From an uncultured Flavobacteriales bacterium (GTDB taxonomy: Bacteria; Bacteroidota; Bacteroidia; AKYH767-A; 2013-40CM-41-45), in the NCBI GenBank assembly GCA_964356415.1, contig CAYHHK010000005.1:14908-56123 (forward strand): a stretch of DNA of 41,216 nucleotides. The letters run 5' to 3'. A model generated the notes under the pieces. That model saw only the letters and a program-made list of their open reading frames with translations, did not search any database and was not told the DNA's origin. Shown piece by piece: positions 7,738 to 17,602 of the stretch. The position numbers and the translations under genes are program-made. How positions within the stretch are numbered: the first letter of the stretch is position 1; each line of letters begins with the position of its first letter.

Positions 7738-9675
7738 TTAATATTCCCCGCCGATTTTTCTTTTGTTGAGGGAAGGATCACCCAGTTCAGGGAGCCGCTT
7801 CGGTTTTGAAGTCATGCCGATGGTATCTGTAAGTGTATTCAGAAAAGCAACGAGTGACTTTTTTTCTTGCTCTGTCAGTTGCAGCGAATCCGATGAAAGT
7901 GTTTGATTCGGGAATTCAAGTCCCAAACCTGCACCGCCGCCCATATTATAAAATTCGATTACCTGCTCAAGACTTTCGAATGCCCCATTATGCATATAGG
8001 GAGCTGTGAGTGCTATATTCCGAAGAGTCGGAGTTTTGAAAGCATGCATAAAAATTTTTGTGTTATACAATCCACCCCTGCCTTTGTCCGGATCAAATTC
8101 AGGATGCAGCAGATCAGCTGTTTTTGTGGTCCCTATGATTTCAAATTCGCTGCGTGTGTAGTACGGGGGAACCACACTATTAAATAAAGGCAGGTAGTGG
8201 CAGGTCGCACAACGTCCCTTGTTCATGAAAACATTGAATCCGTTTTTTTCCTCAAAGGAAAATGAATTTTCATCACCTTGGATATTTCTGTCAAACTTCG
8301 AATCAAGCGAAATCAGTGTGCGTTCGTATTCTGAAATTGCATTTTCAATAGATGTTTTTGAAATGATTGTGTCTTCCTTGCCTCTGAAAGCGCGCTTGAA
8401 CCATGCTACATATTCATCAGATGAATTCAGTTTTTTAACTGCTGATTCAAAGCTGCTTTGCATTTCTTTTTTATTGACCAGTACGTGCCCGATCTGTCCT
8501 TCCAGATGATCTGCACGCATGTCAAAGAAATGATTTCTCTGAAGGGCGGAGTTTATCACTGTGGGTGTATTTCGTGTAAGCATTTCGCCTTCAAGGAATC
8601 CATTGCTGGTGATCATGCCATCAGCAAATGCCATTTCAGGGCGATGACAGGATGCACATGCCCGTTTGTTATTGTCTGAAAGGATGGGATCAAAGAACAA
8701 TGTTCGTCCTAATTTAGCCGCTTCTCCGGAAAATTCGGGATCAGTGCCACGCGGGTTGTAGAAAAACCTGTTGAATGCATCTGTTTGAAAAACAGACTGA
8801 GCGTTCATACGGAGTGCTGATGATGGATAATAATTTTTCTCCACGAATTCAGTCCTGAATTTTGCCAGCGATTTGCTCAGTGACATGTACTGCTCTCTAT
8901 AGCAGGAAAGAAAGTCAATGTCATCAGGAGAATTTATTTTATTGAAATAACGTATGGTAATTTCAAGTCTTTTCAAAACGTCTTTTACGAAAGGATTATT
9001 CATCTCAGTACCATAAGCATCAAGAAGAATTTCGTTGAGTGATTGAAAACCGGTTCGTAATTCAACTATCGAATTCTTTGATTCCGGTGTGTCAAATTGT
9101 GAAATGCCAAGCGTAAAAATCCGGATGACCTGAAGTTGTATCGATTCAATGAATTTGACCTCGTCTGTTGGCAAAGTCCTGAATGCTATACTGAGCGCCG
9201 CGAGATTCTGATCCATCAGTTCAATTTCCTTAATCAGTTTTGTCATGAACTGACCGGGATCGTCATCCAATAAATAGGATTCCATCACCTGTAATCCATG
9301 CGGGTATTCGATTTGCGGATGCTCTTCACTTTCATCTTCAATTTCCGGGACAACCGGACCATTGAAATTGCGTTCACTGGCAAGAAAGTAATAACATGAA
9401 AATGGTTCTATTTTTTTATAAGCAATTCTTAATTCAAGAAATTTGTTTTTTAGATTCCGGATTGATGATGAGTCCGTCTTTGCATTTGCCTGCACTTCCT
9501 TTTTAAAATCACGCAATACAGACAGCATCTCAGTAGAATGCTTTTCAAGGTATGCATGGAATGCGCTTGTGATCCGCAGTTGCCTTGTTGCTTCATTCTG
9601 AGAAAGGGATGCTGTCACAAAAACAATTGAGACAAGTACAAGCGAATAGACGCCATTGATGACTAAGGATCTCAT
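7738..9675 (-). CDS. Di-heme cytochrome c peroxidase (bCcP/MauG superfamily) with a long helical N-terminal domain
   Basis: Two CxxCH motifs (CASCH, CATCH), LGRTLFFDPILS, RNTPT and FKTPTLRNIALTAPYMHNG. Hydrophobic N-terminus. Confidence 0.9.
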   Translation of the reverse strand: MRSLVINGVYSLVLVSIVFVTASLSQNEATRQLRITSAFHAYLEKHSTEMLSVLRDFKKEVQANAKTDSSSIRNLKNKFLELRIAYKKIEPFSCYYFLASERNFNGPVVPEIEDESEEHPQIEYPHGLQVMESYLLDDDPGQFMTKLIKEIELMDQNLAALSIAFRTLPTDEVKFIESIQLQVIRIFTLGISQFDTPESKNSIVELRTGFQSLNEILLDAYGTEMNNPFVKDVLKRLEITIRYFNKINSPDDIDFLSCYREQYMSLSKSLAKFRTEFVEKNYYPSSALRMNAQSVFQTDAFNRFFYNPRGTDPEFSGEAAKLGRTLFFDPILSDNNKRACASCHRPEMAFADGMITSNGFLEGEMLTRNTPTVINSALQRNHFFDMRADHLEGQIGHVLVNKKEMQSSFESAVKKLNSSDEYVAWFKRAFRGKEDTIISKTSIENAISEYERTLISLDSKFDRNIQGDENSFSFEEKNGFNVFMNKGRCATCHYLPLFNSVVPPYYTRSEFEIIGTTKTADLLHPEFDPDKGRGGLYNTKIFMHAFKTPTLRNIALTAPYMHNGAFESLEQVIEFYNMGGGAGLGLEFPNQTLSSDSLQLTEQEKKSLVAFLNTLTDTIGMTSKPKRLPELGDPSLNKRKIGGEY

Positions 9676-9690
9676 GGGAAAATATTACAT

Positions 9691-9698
9691 CAAAGATA
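9691..9698 (-). promoter_or_regulatory. -7 element TATCTTTG
   Basis: Exact TAnnTTTG match 15 nt upstream of the peroxidase ATG. Confidence 0.55.
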
Positions 9699-9775
9699 CC
9701 TTTTTCCCAAGTTTGCCGGCCTGAAAATAAAGAACATTATTTCTCTGTTCTTTCTTCAAAAAAAATTAGCACTAC

Positions 9776-12235
9776 TCAGTTTTTCACCAGCTTCATCACT
9801 TTCGAAACGGATCCATCTTCAAGCTGTATGAAATAGGAATACATCCCGGAAGAAAATTGTCCGGTTGGAATGGTGATTTTGCCAAATCCTCCTGTCAGAT
9901 TTTTTTTCCAGACGAGTTGCCCGTAAGTATTGTAAACCAGGATCGACGCATTGGCTGCAACATTGGAATAGTTCACATTAGCGGCGCCGGTAGCCGGATT
10001 GGGAACAGCCGGAGATATGAATAGTGCAGCAGCATCAGGTTGATTAATCCCAACACCGGTGTTATTGACATCAACAACTTGCAGGTCATCAAAATAAAAT
10101 CCGTCAAATTCAGAGAAGCCATCACTCACTAAATGAAAGCGGATGAGAATATTTTGCCCGAGGAAATCATTAAGGCTCATTTCTTCCTTAACCCATTCAG
10201 TCTGGTAGGAATCGTAAAGTGGTTCGCCTTGCAACTGGGCCGGACTTCCGGGCACTGTGTACTTTCCGCACAGCGGACTCCAGTTATTTCCACCATCTGA
10301 AGACGCACTGATTTGAACATAATCATAACCCGCTTCCAGGCTCCACTTTGCTGAAAATGTCAATTGAGCGTCAAGGGCTCCTGTCAGACTCACGGGGTTG
10401 GAAAGTATAAGTGTGTTGTCATCATTTGACTGATAGGTGTTGAAAGGCGAATCAGTAATTGATGAAGGAGAGGAAAAATAATCTTCTGTTGTAGCATCCC
10501 AGTTTCCCGATGTATTCCAGTTTGCAAGATTGGATGCGTCATCATTCAGAAGGATTGTCGGATTCCCATAGATTTGATTCACTGTATCATTAACAGCATA
10601 CCAGCCATTGTCAATGGTCGCAATAAACCTGATTGGATCACCATTTTGAATACCGGGATCAAGTGTAAAGTCGATAGAGTCATCAATAGATTGCAGTACG
10701 CTTAAATTAGAATATGTTGCAGCCGTTCCTGTAGAAATAATATTGGTCGTAATGGCTGTAATCGAGATCGTAAAAGTCCCTGTTGTGTCGAGACCCAATT
10801 GACGGAATGTAAAATGAAACCGGTTGTTAAGATTACCAGCGTAACGAGGCATATTGTGTGTAAGTTCACCATAGCGACCTGCAAGTTTTGCCATGGTAAG
10901 ATTTGCATAAACATTTGACTCGCTCAGAAAAAGGATACGAGAAGGATCAGGCCAGAAGCCATCATTCTGATCACCTACTTCCGGGGTCATGGCAAAAATT
11001 TTCGGCTTGGATGATTGTTCGCCATACATCCAGTCATCGGAATTTCCATTTACAATGTAACCAACAGTTTGATAAGGTGTGCCTACATTATGCTGGTTGT
11101 ATTTTGTTATTGCATGTCCGTAAAAATCAAATTGGTTTGAATCCGGTGTAAGAAAAACCGGAATATAACCCCATGGAACAACGTGGTGACTTCCATATGT
11201 ATGGTAGTTGAGAGCAAGTCTGAACTGGTGCAGATTAATAAAATTGCTGAGCGCCTGGATTTCAGGTTCACTGAATGGGGATGAGCCGCGGTATGTGTCA
11301 TCAACAGTAAAAGGGGATGAACCGGTGTCATCATATCCCCAGTTGAATGCGTAGTTGCGGTTCAGGTCAACGCCAAATTCCCCGTCAAGATTGTCACGTC
11401 TGTTTTTTCTCCATAATCCCCCACCATTTGGATCGGTAGATTCATTGAATACATAACCATCAGGATTTATACATGGTACGAAGTACATTTCTGTGTTGTC
11501 AACCAATGCCTGGATCTCCGGATCCGTATCATAATTCTCCAGCAGGTACCACATGTAATAAATGAGCTGTGAAAGACTTTCCGGCTCACGAGCATGGTGA
11601 AGTGCGGTGTACAATACCTCCGGTTCCGGTTCATCTGTATTTGGATTATCAGAAATTTTCAAATAAAAAATATCACGTCCTTCAATCGTTTGCGTGGCAT
11701 CAATGGGCTGTTTAATGGTAATCAGGTTTGGATACAGCAGCGCCATGGAATCGAGGATGCCAAGGAGTTGGGCATAGGTGAAAAATCCACCCATGCTGCC
11801 ATGATAAAAATGCGAAGGCGCAGGGTAAGCAGGAGCAGGAGTGCCACAGGTAACGGTTTGGGAATTTACCGGCACAACATTTCGCGCTGAAGACTCAATC
11901 CTGTTTTTGTAAAATGCTTTTACATCATCAATCAATACTTCTGTACGAAAGCCGGCTTGATTAATTTTTGAAATTGTTACAGTATTGAAGTCTGAAGTAA
12001 ACCACACGCCTTTGCGGTAATCCCCTTCTGATAGATCAATTCCAAGTTTTGCAAGTTCAGAGGATGGTTTTCCATCCATCCAGATTTTCACCCTACTGTA
12101 TTCCGGTGAATTGGCAGTGTGATTTTTATTAGGATTTGCAGATGTGCGCAGGAGTGAAAACGCAGATTGAGGTTTTGCCTGGATTGAACAAATCAATAAA
12201 AAAGTAATGAAAATGTGGGTAAAATATTTTTGCAT
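9776..12235 (-). CDS. M14 zinc carboxypeptidase (carboxypeptidase T-like) with a beta-sandwich domain and a T9SS C-terminal sorting domain
   Basis: HHARE, NPDG, WRKNRR, GVDLNRNY, NYHTYG and MTPE motifs; LEAGYDY...DGFYFDD domain; C-terminal PNPA...YNTYGQ...SSGMY...KLVK. Confidence 0.92.
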   Translation of the reverse strand: MQKYFTHIFITFLLICSIQAKPQSAFSLLRTSANPNKNHTANSPEYSRVKIWMDGKPSSELAKLGIDLSEGDYRKGVWFTSDFNTVTISKINQAGFRTEVLIDDVKAFYKNRIESSARNVVPVNSQTVTCGTPAPAYPAPSHFYHGSMGGFFTYAQLLGILDSMALLYPNLITIKQPIDATQTIEGRDIFYLKISDNPNTDEPEPEVLYTALHHAREPESLSQLIYYMWYLLENYDTDPEIQALVDNTEMYFVPCINPDGYVFNESTDPNGGGLWRKNRRDNLDGEFGVDLNRNYAFNWGYDDTGSSPFTVDDTYRGSSPFSEPEIQALSNFINLHQFRLALNYHTYGSHHVVPWGYIPVFLTPDSNQFDFYGHAITKYNQHNVGTPYQTVGYIVNGNSDDWMYGEQSSKPKIFAMTPEVGDQNDGFWPDPSRILFLSESNVYANLTMAKLAGRYGELTHNMPRYAGNLNNRFHFTFRQLGLDTTGTFTISITAITTNIISTGTAATYSNLSVLQSIDDSIDFTLDPGIQNGDPIRFIATIDNGWYAVNDTVNQIYGNPTILLNDDASNLANWNTSGNWDATTEDYFSSPSSITDSPFNTYQSNDDNTLILSNPVSLTGALDAQLTFSAKWSLEAGYDYVQISASSDGGNNWSPLCGKYTVPGSPAQLQGEPLYDSYQTEWVKEEMSLNDFLGQNILIRFHLVSDGFSEFDGFYFDDLQVVDVNNTGVGINQPDAAALFISPAVPNPATGAANVNYSNVAANASILVYNTYGQLVWKKNLTGGFGKITIPTGQFSSGMYSYFIQLEDGSVSKVMKLVKN

Positions 12236-12411
12236 AAGAAGATATAAAATAGGATGCTAAAGTACTACTTCGGTCAATAAGCAAGCAACATTAAGAATGA
12301 TTATCGACCGGTTAATTTCGAAGTTTTTATGTTGCATGACCAGCGTAGCACTCAGTAAATCAAAACATCAAACGGTGCAGGGCGAAAAGTGTGGTTTCGC
12401 CGACAAATTCA

Positions 12412-12771
12412 TTAGCCGGCATGCTCAGGTTCCCAACCTAAAAGCAGTTCATTGATATAAATATTTTCCTCGGTAGTAATTTTCCGATCAGCTTTTACCA
12501 TATCAACAGCAAATCTGACTATATCTGCACGTTCATTAATTGAAGACTTGCTGTAAAAATGGTCCATGCGTGCCTTGAAATGGAAAAAGTAATCTTCTTT
12601 TTTAAGTAACTTCAGGAATTGAATTTCTTGCTTCGGCTGAAATTCATCCTTGAAATGCTTAGAAATATACCTGCCGGCAATCTCTGATTCTTCGTCAGAG
12701 ATATTTCCGTCAACATTTGAAAGGATCACCAACAGATGAAATCCCGAAACAGCTTTGTTTGTATGAGTCAT
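12412..12771 (-). CDS. TerB-like (tellurite resistance/DjlA N-terminal fold) protein
   Basis: LSNVDGNISDEE and MVKADRKITTEE repeated metal-binding motifs. The ATG at 12771 is preferred. Confidence 0.75.
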   Translation of the reverse strand: MTHTNKAVSGFHLLVILSNVDGNISDEESEIAGRYISKHFKDEFQPKQEIQFLKLLKKEDYFFHFKARMDHFYSKSSINERADIVRFAVDMVKADRKITTEENIYINELLLGWEPEHAG

Positions 12772-12840
12772 AAAATTGGTAAAACCCAAATTTGCGAATA
12801 ATTTTCGGGTTAAAAAAATTGATTATTGGGGATGGAGCCT

Positions 12841-13557
12841 TTATGCATTTCCTGCAATGCGCTTCACCAGCACCCGCTTCGCAATAGGCAGAAAAGTTTC
12901 TTCAAATGGAATATCCACCGAAGACTCAATCACATAGGTGGCCGGATTCGGAAGGTTTTTGTTGTAACGGAGGAGGTCTGATTTGATAGATTCAAAAGTG
13001 TTGAGCAGGCTTTTCTCATAGCTCTTCAGGAAATGCATGTGAATGCCTCTGAAACGCTCGTCGGGGTTTTCAAAAATTGAAACCTGATATTCATACACTT
13101 TTGTTTCAATACCTGATTGCATTTTTAGAAACAGGTAGCCACATTCATTGCTCAGCGGAACAACGCCAACAGGGAATATTTTTACGTGCTCCTCCACAAA
13201 ATCATAGATCTTTTTACCATCGCGGAGGTAGTTTTCCATATACGGCATACTGAAATCGATGATATTTTCGATTTCCTTCATGATGGTATCGTCTTCGACA
13301 ATCTTCTCATAGATCAGCTGAAACTGTTCGAAGTCAGTTTTGGAGATCCTCCCGGGAAATTTTTCAAATAGATTTTTCTTGCTGTCTTTTAGAAATTTCA
13401 GGTTGCGGTAATGCTCTACGAGGTCGGCGAGAAACGGGTACAATTTGTTCTCTGTAAAATTTTCACTTACATGTTGTAGATAGGCAAGCAACACATACTT
13501 CTTGTATTCGAAGTCAATGTGCTTTTCAGTGATCCAGTTTTTATTCAGAGAATTCAT
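12841..13557 (-). CDS. Hypothetical protein
   Basis: 238-aa ORF with natural composition (WITEKHIDFEYKKYVLLAYLQ...ETFLPIAKR). No function recognised. Confidence 0.8.
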   Translation of the reverse strand: MNSLNKNWITEKHIDFEYKKYVLLAYLQHVSENFTENKLYPFLADLVEHYRNLKFLKDSKKNLFEKFPGRISKTDFEQFQLIYEKIVEDDTIMKEIENIIDFSMPYMENYLRDGKKIYDFVEEHVKIFPVGVVPLSNECGYLFLKMQSGIETKVYEYQVSIFENPDERFRGIHMHFLKSYEKSLLNTFESIKSDLLRYNKNLPNPATYVIESSVDIPFEETFLPIAKRVLVKRIAGNA

Positions 13558-13686
13558 TTTTTAAAAGCTTGGGTATGCAATTATAAGCCCGGCTACATTA
13601 GTAAACGAAATGAAGATAAAAATGTTTCTCGCATGATTTGTTGAAAACATCACCTCCTCTTGCAGTGGTTGCGTGGCTTTGAACTT

Positions 13687-13694
13687 TACTTTTG
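13687..13694 (+). promoter_or_regulatory. -7 element TACTTTTG
   Basis: Exact TAnnTTTG match 39 nt upstream of the ATG at 13734. Confidence 0.5.
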
Positions 13695-13733
13695 AGGTTC
13701 AATTGACTGAAATTATTAAAAAATCAAAAGACT

Positions 13734-14750
13734 ATGAATAATAAGTGGATCGTAATACCTGTTTTCCTTGCATTTGCTGCCGGGATCACTTCCTGCGTGC
13801 CTTCGAGGCAATTTGATGAATTAAAGACAAAGGAGCAGAAGTGCCAGGATGAAAATAAACGGCTGACCTCAGAAAATCAGGACCTGAATACAAAGATAAC
13901 CGAGCTCAATGCAAGCATGGAAAAACTTTCGCGCGACATGAATGACCTTGTAAAGGATTCATTGAAAAGGGGAGAGGACTACCGGAGACTGACCAATCTC
14001 TACAATGAACTCACCAAATCTTATGACCAGCTGTTATCAAACAAGGAAAAACTGCTGGCAGGAAGCAATGAAGAAACAAAAAAGCTCATCGCTCAGCTGA
14101 ATGATACGCGAACAGATTTGCAGAAGAAGGAAGATGAATTAAAAAAGAAACAAGCTGATCTTTCAGACCGTGAATCGAAATTGGCTGAACTGAAAGTAAG
14201 TCTGAAGGAAAGGGAGGATAAGGTTGCTGAACTCCAGGGTGTACTGAACCAGAAAGATTCTGTAGTGAAAGCGCTGAAAGATGCAGTGAGTAATGCCCTT
14301 GTTGGTTTTGTAAACAACGGATTAAGTGTGGAACAAAAAAACGGAAAAGTATATGTGAGTATGGAAGAGCAATTGTTATTCGCCAGCGGCAGCACGGTGG
14401 TAGATAAGAGGGGAGAGGATGCACTGAAAAAGCTGGCAGTAGTTCTTGAAAGCAAAAAAGACATCAACATTATGGTTGAAGGTCATACGGACAACGTACC
14501 TATCCAGGGAACGCTTTCCAGCGGAGCAAAGGACAACTGGGATCTCAGCGTGCTGCGCGCAACATCTGTTGTGAAAATAATTACAAAAAATTCCGGTATT
14601 GAACCGATCCGCATTTCTGCTTCAGGACGCGGACCTTTTTTTCCGCTTGATCCTGCGTCAACTGCTGATGCAAAAAAGAAAAACAGGAGAACGGAAATTA
14701 TTCTTACGCCTAAGCTGGATGAATTGCTGAAGGTGCTGGAGAACAATTAA
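13734..14750 (+). CDS. Lipoprotein with a long coiled coil and an OmpA/MotB-type peptidoglycan-binding domain
   Basis: Lipobox ITSC, heptad-rich middle region, LLFASGS, VEGHTDN, NWDLSVLRA and NRRTEI motifs. Confidence 0.9.
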   Translation: MNNKWIVIPVFLAFAAGITSCVPSRQFDELKTKEQKCQDENKRLTSENQDLNTKITELNASMEKLSRDMNDLVKDSLKRGEDYRRLTNLYNELTKSYDQLLSNKEKLLAGSNEETKKLIAQLNDTRTDLQKKEDELKKKQADLSDRESKLAELKVSLKEREDKVAELQGVLNQKDSVVKALKDAVSNALVGFVNNGLSVEQKNGKVYVSMEEQLLFASGSTVVDKRGEDALKKLAVVLESKKDINIMVEGHTDNVPIQGTLSSGAKDNWDLSVLRATSVVKIITKNSGIEPIRISASGRGPFFPLDPASTADAKKKNRRTEIILTPKLDELLKVLENN

Positions 14751-14753
14751 TTT

Positions 14754-15341
14754 TTACCTGCTACCCTTTACCACCTGCTTCCTGATCCTGCTGAGTGATT
14801 CCGGCGTAATTCCCAGATAGGATGCGATCATGTGCTGTGGTATTCGCTGTGCGATTGAAGGATACGTTTTCATAAAGTCCAGGTACCTTTCTTCAGCCGA
14901 TGAACTCATCGAAAAAATAATCCGCTTTTGGGTTGCCATCTGACGGTTTTGCATGAGTCGCTGAAACAACAAAGCAAGGGGAGGAATTTCATTCAGTGAT
15001 TTTTCCCATGATACATTGTCTATTAAAAGCACATCGCTGTCTTCGAGTGCATCAATAAAATAAACTGATGGTGTATTCTTGCTGCTGCTTTCCATATCCC
15101 CTAGCCACCAGTTCTCCGGCGCAAACTGCATGATGTGTTCTTTTCCTTTGTTGTCAACGGTGTACATGCGAAGGCAACCTTGCATAGTGAAGTAAGTGTA
15201 CTTTGCAATCTCGCCCTCGTTTAAAAGAAACTCATGCTTCTTTACTTTTTTGGGATTGAACAAAGAAGCCCAATGGTTGAACTGCTCTTCAGTAAGAACC
15301 ACTTTTTTATCAGCGAGGTAATTCCTTAAGACTTGGTGCAT
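14754..15341 (-). CDS. Crp/Fnr family transcriptional regulator
   Basis: cNMP-binding domain (GCLRMY..GKEHIMQFAPENWW) and HTH IASYLGITPESLSRIRK. Confidence 0.92.
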   Translation of the reverse strand: MHQVLRNYLADKKVVLTEEQFNHWASLFNPKKVKKHEFLLNEGEIAKYTYFTMQGCLRMYTVDNKGKEHIMQFAPENWWLGDMESSSKNTPSVYFIDALEDSDVLLIDNVSWEKSLNEIPPLALLFQRLMQNRQMATQKRIIFSMSSSAEERYLDFMKTYPSIAQRIPQHMIASYLGITPESLSRIRKQVVKGSR

Positions 15342-15364
15342 GTTAAAGCAAAGATGGAGAATTT

Positions 15365-15547
15365 ACCTCATCGAAGTACGAAAAAGAATTCAGGACCTCA
15401 CCGAAGTACGAATAAGAATACGAATATACCAATTACGAATAAATCACTTTATGGTCCGGATTCAAATTCGTAATTTCGTATGACTTCATTTGTACTTCGT
15501 TGAGGTCATTCGTGCTTCGTTGAGGTCCTTCGTATTTCGTGGTGGTC
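15365..15547. repeat. Multi-unit inverted-repeat element (GACCTCANCGAAGTACGAA x2 ... TTCGTRCTTCGTTGAGGTC x3) with inner TACGAAT/ATTCGTA heptamers
   Basis: Left units at 15365 and 15394; right units at 15489, 15509 and 15529 (20-bp period) are their reverse complements. Confidence 0.85.
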
Positions 15548-16067
15548 ATTCGATTTTATCATCCAGCGCATCAAACTTTTGCTCCGTGAACGCGCCTGAA
15601 GTGTGGTAAACAATATTCCCCATTGTATCCAGAAGAAAAAAGTACGGCGTGTCATCATTCTGAAGGTGGAGGGCAGTACTTACTTCCCCAAGATCACTAT
15701 TGCAAAACAATACATGCCCTTTGATATCTGCCTGTGCCGTTTCATTGAATTTCTTTTTTACCGTTCCCTGCATGGAGGCATTTGAACCTTTAAATACAGG
15801 AATAAAAAAAACATTGAGGTCGTAGAAGTCATCCATCAAGCCGGTCTTCGCTATAAACTTGTTGTAAACCGGATCCAGCCAGCCCTCCAGGGCTTCCTGC
15901 GCTTTCATGCTTGAAGCGAAACAGAGTAGTGTGTATTTGCCTTTTGTGTCATTGGGAATAGTGACTGATTTGTTCTCTAGTGTTTCCCCGGTAAACGAAG
16001 GAACTGTCTGACTAAACAGGAATACTGGGAAAAAAAGGAAAGGAAATATTCCAAAATAACATTTCAT
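15546..16067 (-). CDS. Exported hypothetical protein, probable thioredoxin-like (ATP10/YtfJ-like) fold without CxxC
   Basis: Signal peptide, PSFTGETLENKSVTIP, PYFFLLDTMGNIVY motifs. Confidence 0.7.
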   Translation of the reverse strand: MKCYFGIFPFLFFPVFLFSQTVPSFTGETLENKSVTIPNDTKGKYTLLCFASSMKAQEALEGWLDPVYNKFIAKTGLMDDFYDLNVFFIPVFKGSNASMQGTVKKKFNETAQADIKGHVLFCNSDLGEVSTALHLQNDDTPYFFLLDTMGNIVYHTSGAFTEQKFDALDDKIE

Positions 16068-16135
16068 CTGTTGGAGGTTTACTGATGTTAACGCAATAGG
16101 AGTTCAAATATTCAGAAATAATTTCAATAAAAAGG

Positions 16136-16213
16136 TGTCACGCAAAGGCGCAAAGCACGCAAAGAAGAATTTAATTCATTAGAACTTGGCTGTCTCTGCG
16201 CCTTTGCGTGACA
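16136..16213. repeat. 78-bp miniature inverted-repeat element (CGCAAAG family)
   Basis: Perfect 17-bp terminal IR: TGTCACGCAAAGGCGCA (16136-16152) / TGCGCCTTTGCGTGACA (16197-16213). May double as the icd terminator. Confidence 0.88.
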
Positions 16214-16244
16214 TATTTCTCTCCTGTCAATAGCTAATAAATTC

Positions 16245-17471
16245 TCACCCTAAAGCTTGTTTCAGATTCAGATCCAGCGCACTTAAAAAGTCTTCCGTAT
16301 TCAAATAGTGTTCCCGTTTCGTATCACTTCCATAAATGCACACTGCAAGGTCCTTCGTCATCTTCCCGCTTTCAACGGTGTCCACGCAGACTTTTTCCAG
16401 CGTTTTACAAAAATGTATAAGCGGCTGGTTGTTGTCAAGTTTGCCGCGGAATTCAAGTCCCCGCGTCCAGGCGAAAATGCTGGCGATTGGATTTGTGCTT
16501 GTAGGCTTTCCTTTCTGGTGTTCGCGGTAGTGGCGCGTAACGGTTCCGTGAGCAGCTTCTGCTTCCATTGTTTTTCCATCAGGAGTAACAAGGGTTGAAG
16601 TCATCAGTCCGAGTGAACCGAAGCCCTGAGCAACCGTATCGCTTTGCACGTCACCGTCATAGTTTTTGCATGCCCACACAAAATTGCCATGCCATTTCAA
16701 CGCACTTGCCACCATGTCGTCAATGAGGCGGTGCTCGTAGGTGATCTTAATGGCATCCATCTTTGCTTTGAATTCCTTTTGGTAAATTTCCTCAAAAATA
16801 TCCTTGAAGCGGCCGTCATATTTTTTCAGGATGGTATTCTTCGTGCTGAGGTACAGCGGCCATTGCTTGATGATGGCCTGGTTGAAACAGGCGCGTGCAA
16901 AACCGGCAATGCTCTCATCGGTGTTGTACATGGCAAGGGCCACGCCATCGCCTTTGAAATTATATACTTCAAATGACTGCGGAGCTGAGCCATCCTCAGG
17001 AGTAAAGGTGATCTGTAATTTCCCTTTTCCTTTGGTCACAAAATCAGTTGCGCGGTACTGGTCGCCGAAGGCATGACGCCCGATGCAGATCGGTGCTGTC
17101 CAGTTGGGTACCAGGCGGGGAATGTTTTTGCACACTATGGGCTCTCTGAAAACGGTACCATCAAGGATGTTGCGGATCGTGCCGTTTGGCGACTTCCACA
17201 TTTGCTTCAGTGAGAACTCTTTTACACGCTCTTCATCAGGCGTAATGGTGGCGCACTTGATGCCGACGCTGTATTTCTTAATCGCTTCAGCAGCTTCAAC
17301 GGTAACTTTATCATCCGTTTTATCGCGGTGTTCCATGCCGAGATCATAATATTTGATATCAAGGTCGAGATAAGGAATAATCAGTTTGTCCTTGATGAAT
17401 TTCCAGATGACGCGGGTCATCTCATCGCCGTCAAGTTCTACTATTGGGTTGGTTACTTTTATCTTTTGCAT
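16245..17471 (-). CDS. icd: NADP-dependent isocitrate dehydrogenase (type II, eukaryote-like)
   Basis: [38 protein letters not shown] and [10 protein letters not shown] motifs. True start is MQKIKV at 17471 (408 aa). Confidence 0.97.
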   Translation of the reverse strand: MQKIKVTNPIVELDGDEMTRVIWKFIKDKLIIPYLDLDIKYYDLGMEHRDKTDDKVTVEAAEAIKKYSVGIKCATITPDEERVKEFSLKQMWKSPNGTIRNILDGTVFREPIVCKNIPRLVPNWTAPICIGRHAFGDQYRATDFVTKGKGKLQITFTPEDGSAPQSFEVYNFKGDGVALAMYNTDESIAGFARACFNQAIIKQWPLYLSTKNTILKKYDGRFKDIFEEIYQKEFKAKMDAIKITYEHRLIDDMVASALKWHGNFVWACKNYDGDVQSDTVAQGFGSLGLMTSTLVTPDGKTMEAEAAHGTVTRHYREHQKGKPTSTNPIASIFAWTRGLEFRGKLDNNQPLIHFCKTLEKVCVDTVESGKMTKDLAVCIYGSDTKREHYLNTEDFLSALDLNLKQALG

Positions 17472-17602
17472 GTGAATTGTATCTGTTAAAATTTGGGGTT
17501 GCAATAATAAGCAAAGTAAGGAAAGTAGGCGCAGGAACTGGTAATTTTCAGAGCATTTGTATGCGGGTTCTGAAGGAGCGAAATAATCGTACATTTGAAT
17601 GA

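Noticed and set aside
12412-12789. Tellurite-resistance operon
   Set aside because: Only a lone TerB-fold gene is present, with no other ter genes.
14086-14746. Antisense ORFs within the OmpA-like gene, and similar shadow ORFs across korAB, icd, KS and MMPL genes
   Set aside because: They are fully nested in strongly supported genes and have no motifs. They are expected by-products of codon bias.
13734-14750. Flagellar motor protein MotB
   Set aside because: It is a lipoprotein with no MotB TM-Asp helix, and no motA or flagellar genes are nearby. Only the peptidoglycan-binding domain is shared.
15365-15547. Mini-CRISPR or Crp operator array
   Set aside because: Units are inverted and separated by 1-11 nt rather than spacer-length sequence, and they do not match TGTGA-N6-TCACA or TTGAT-N4-ATCAA.
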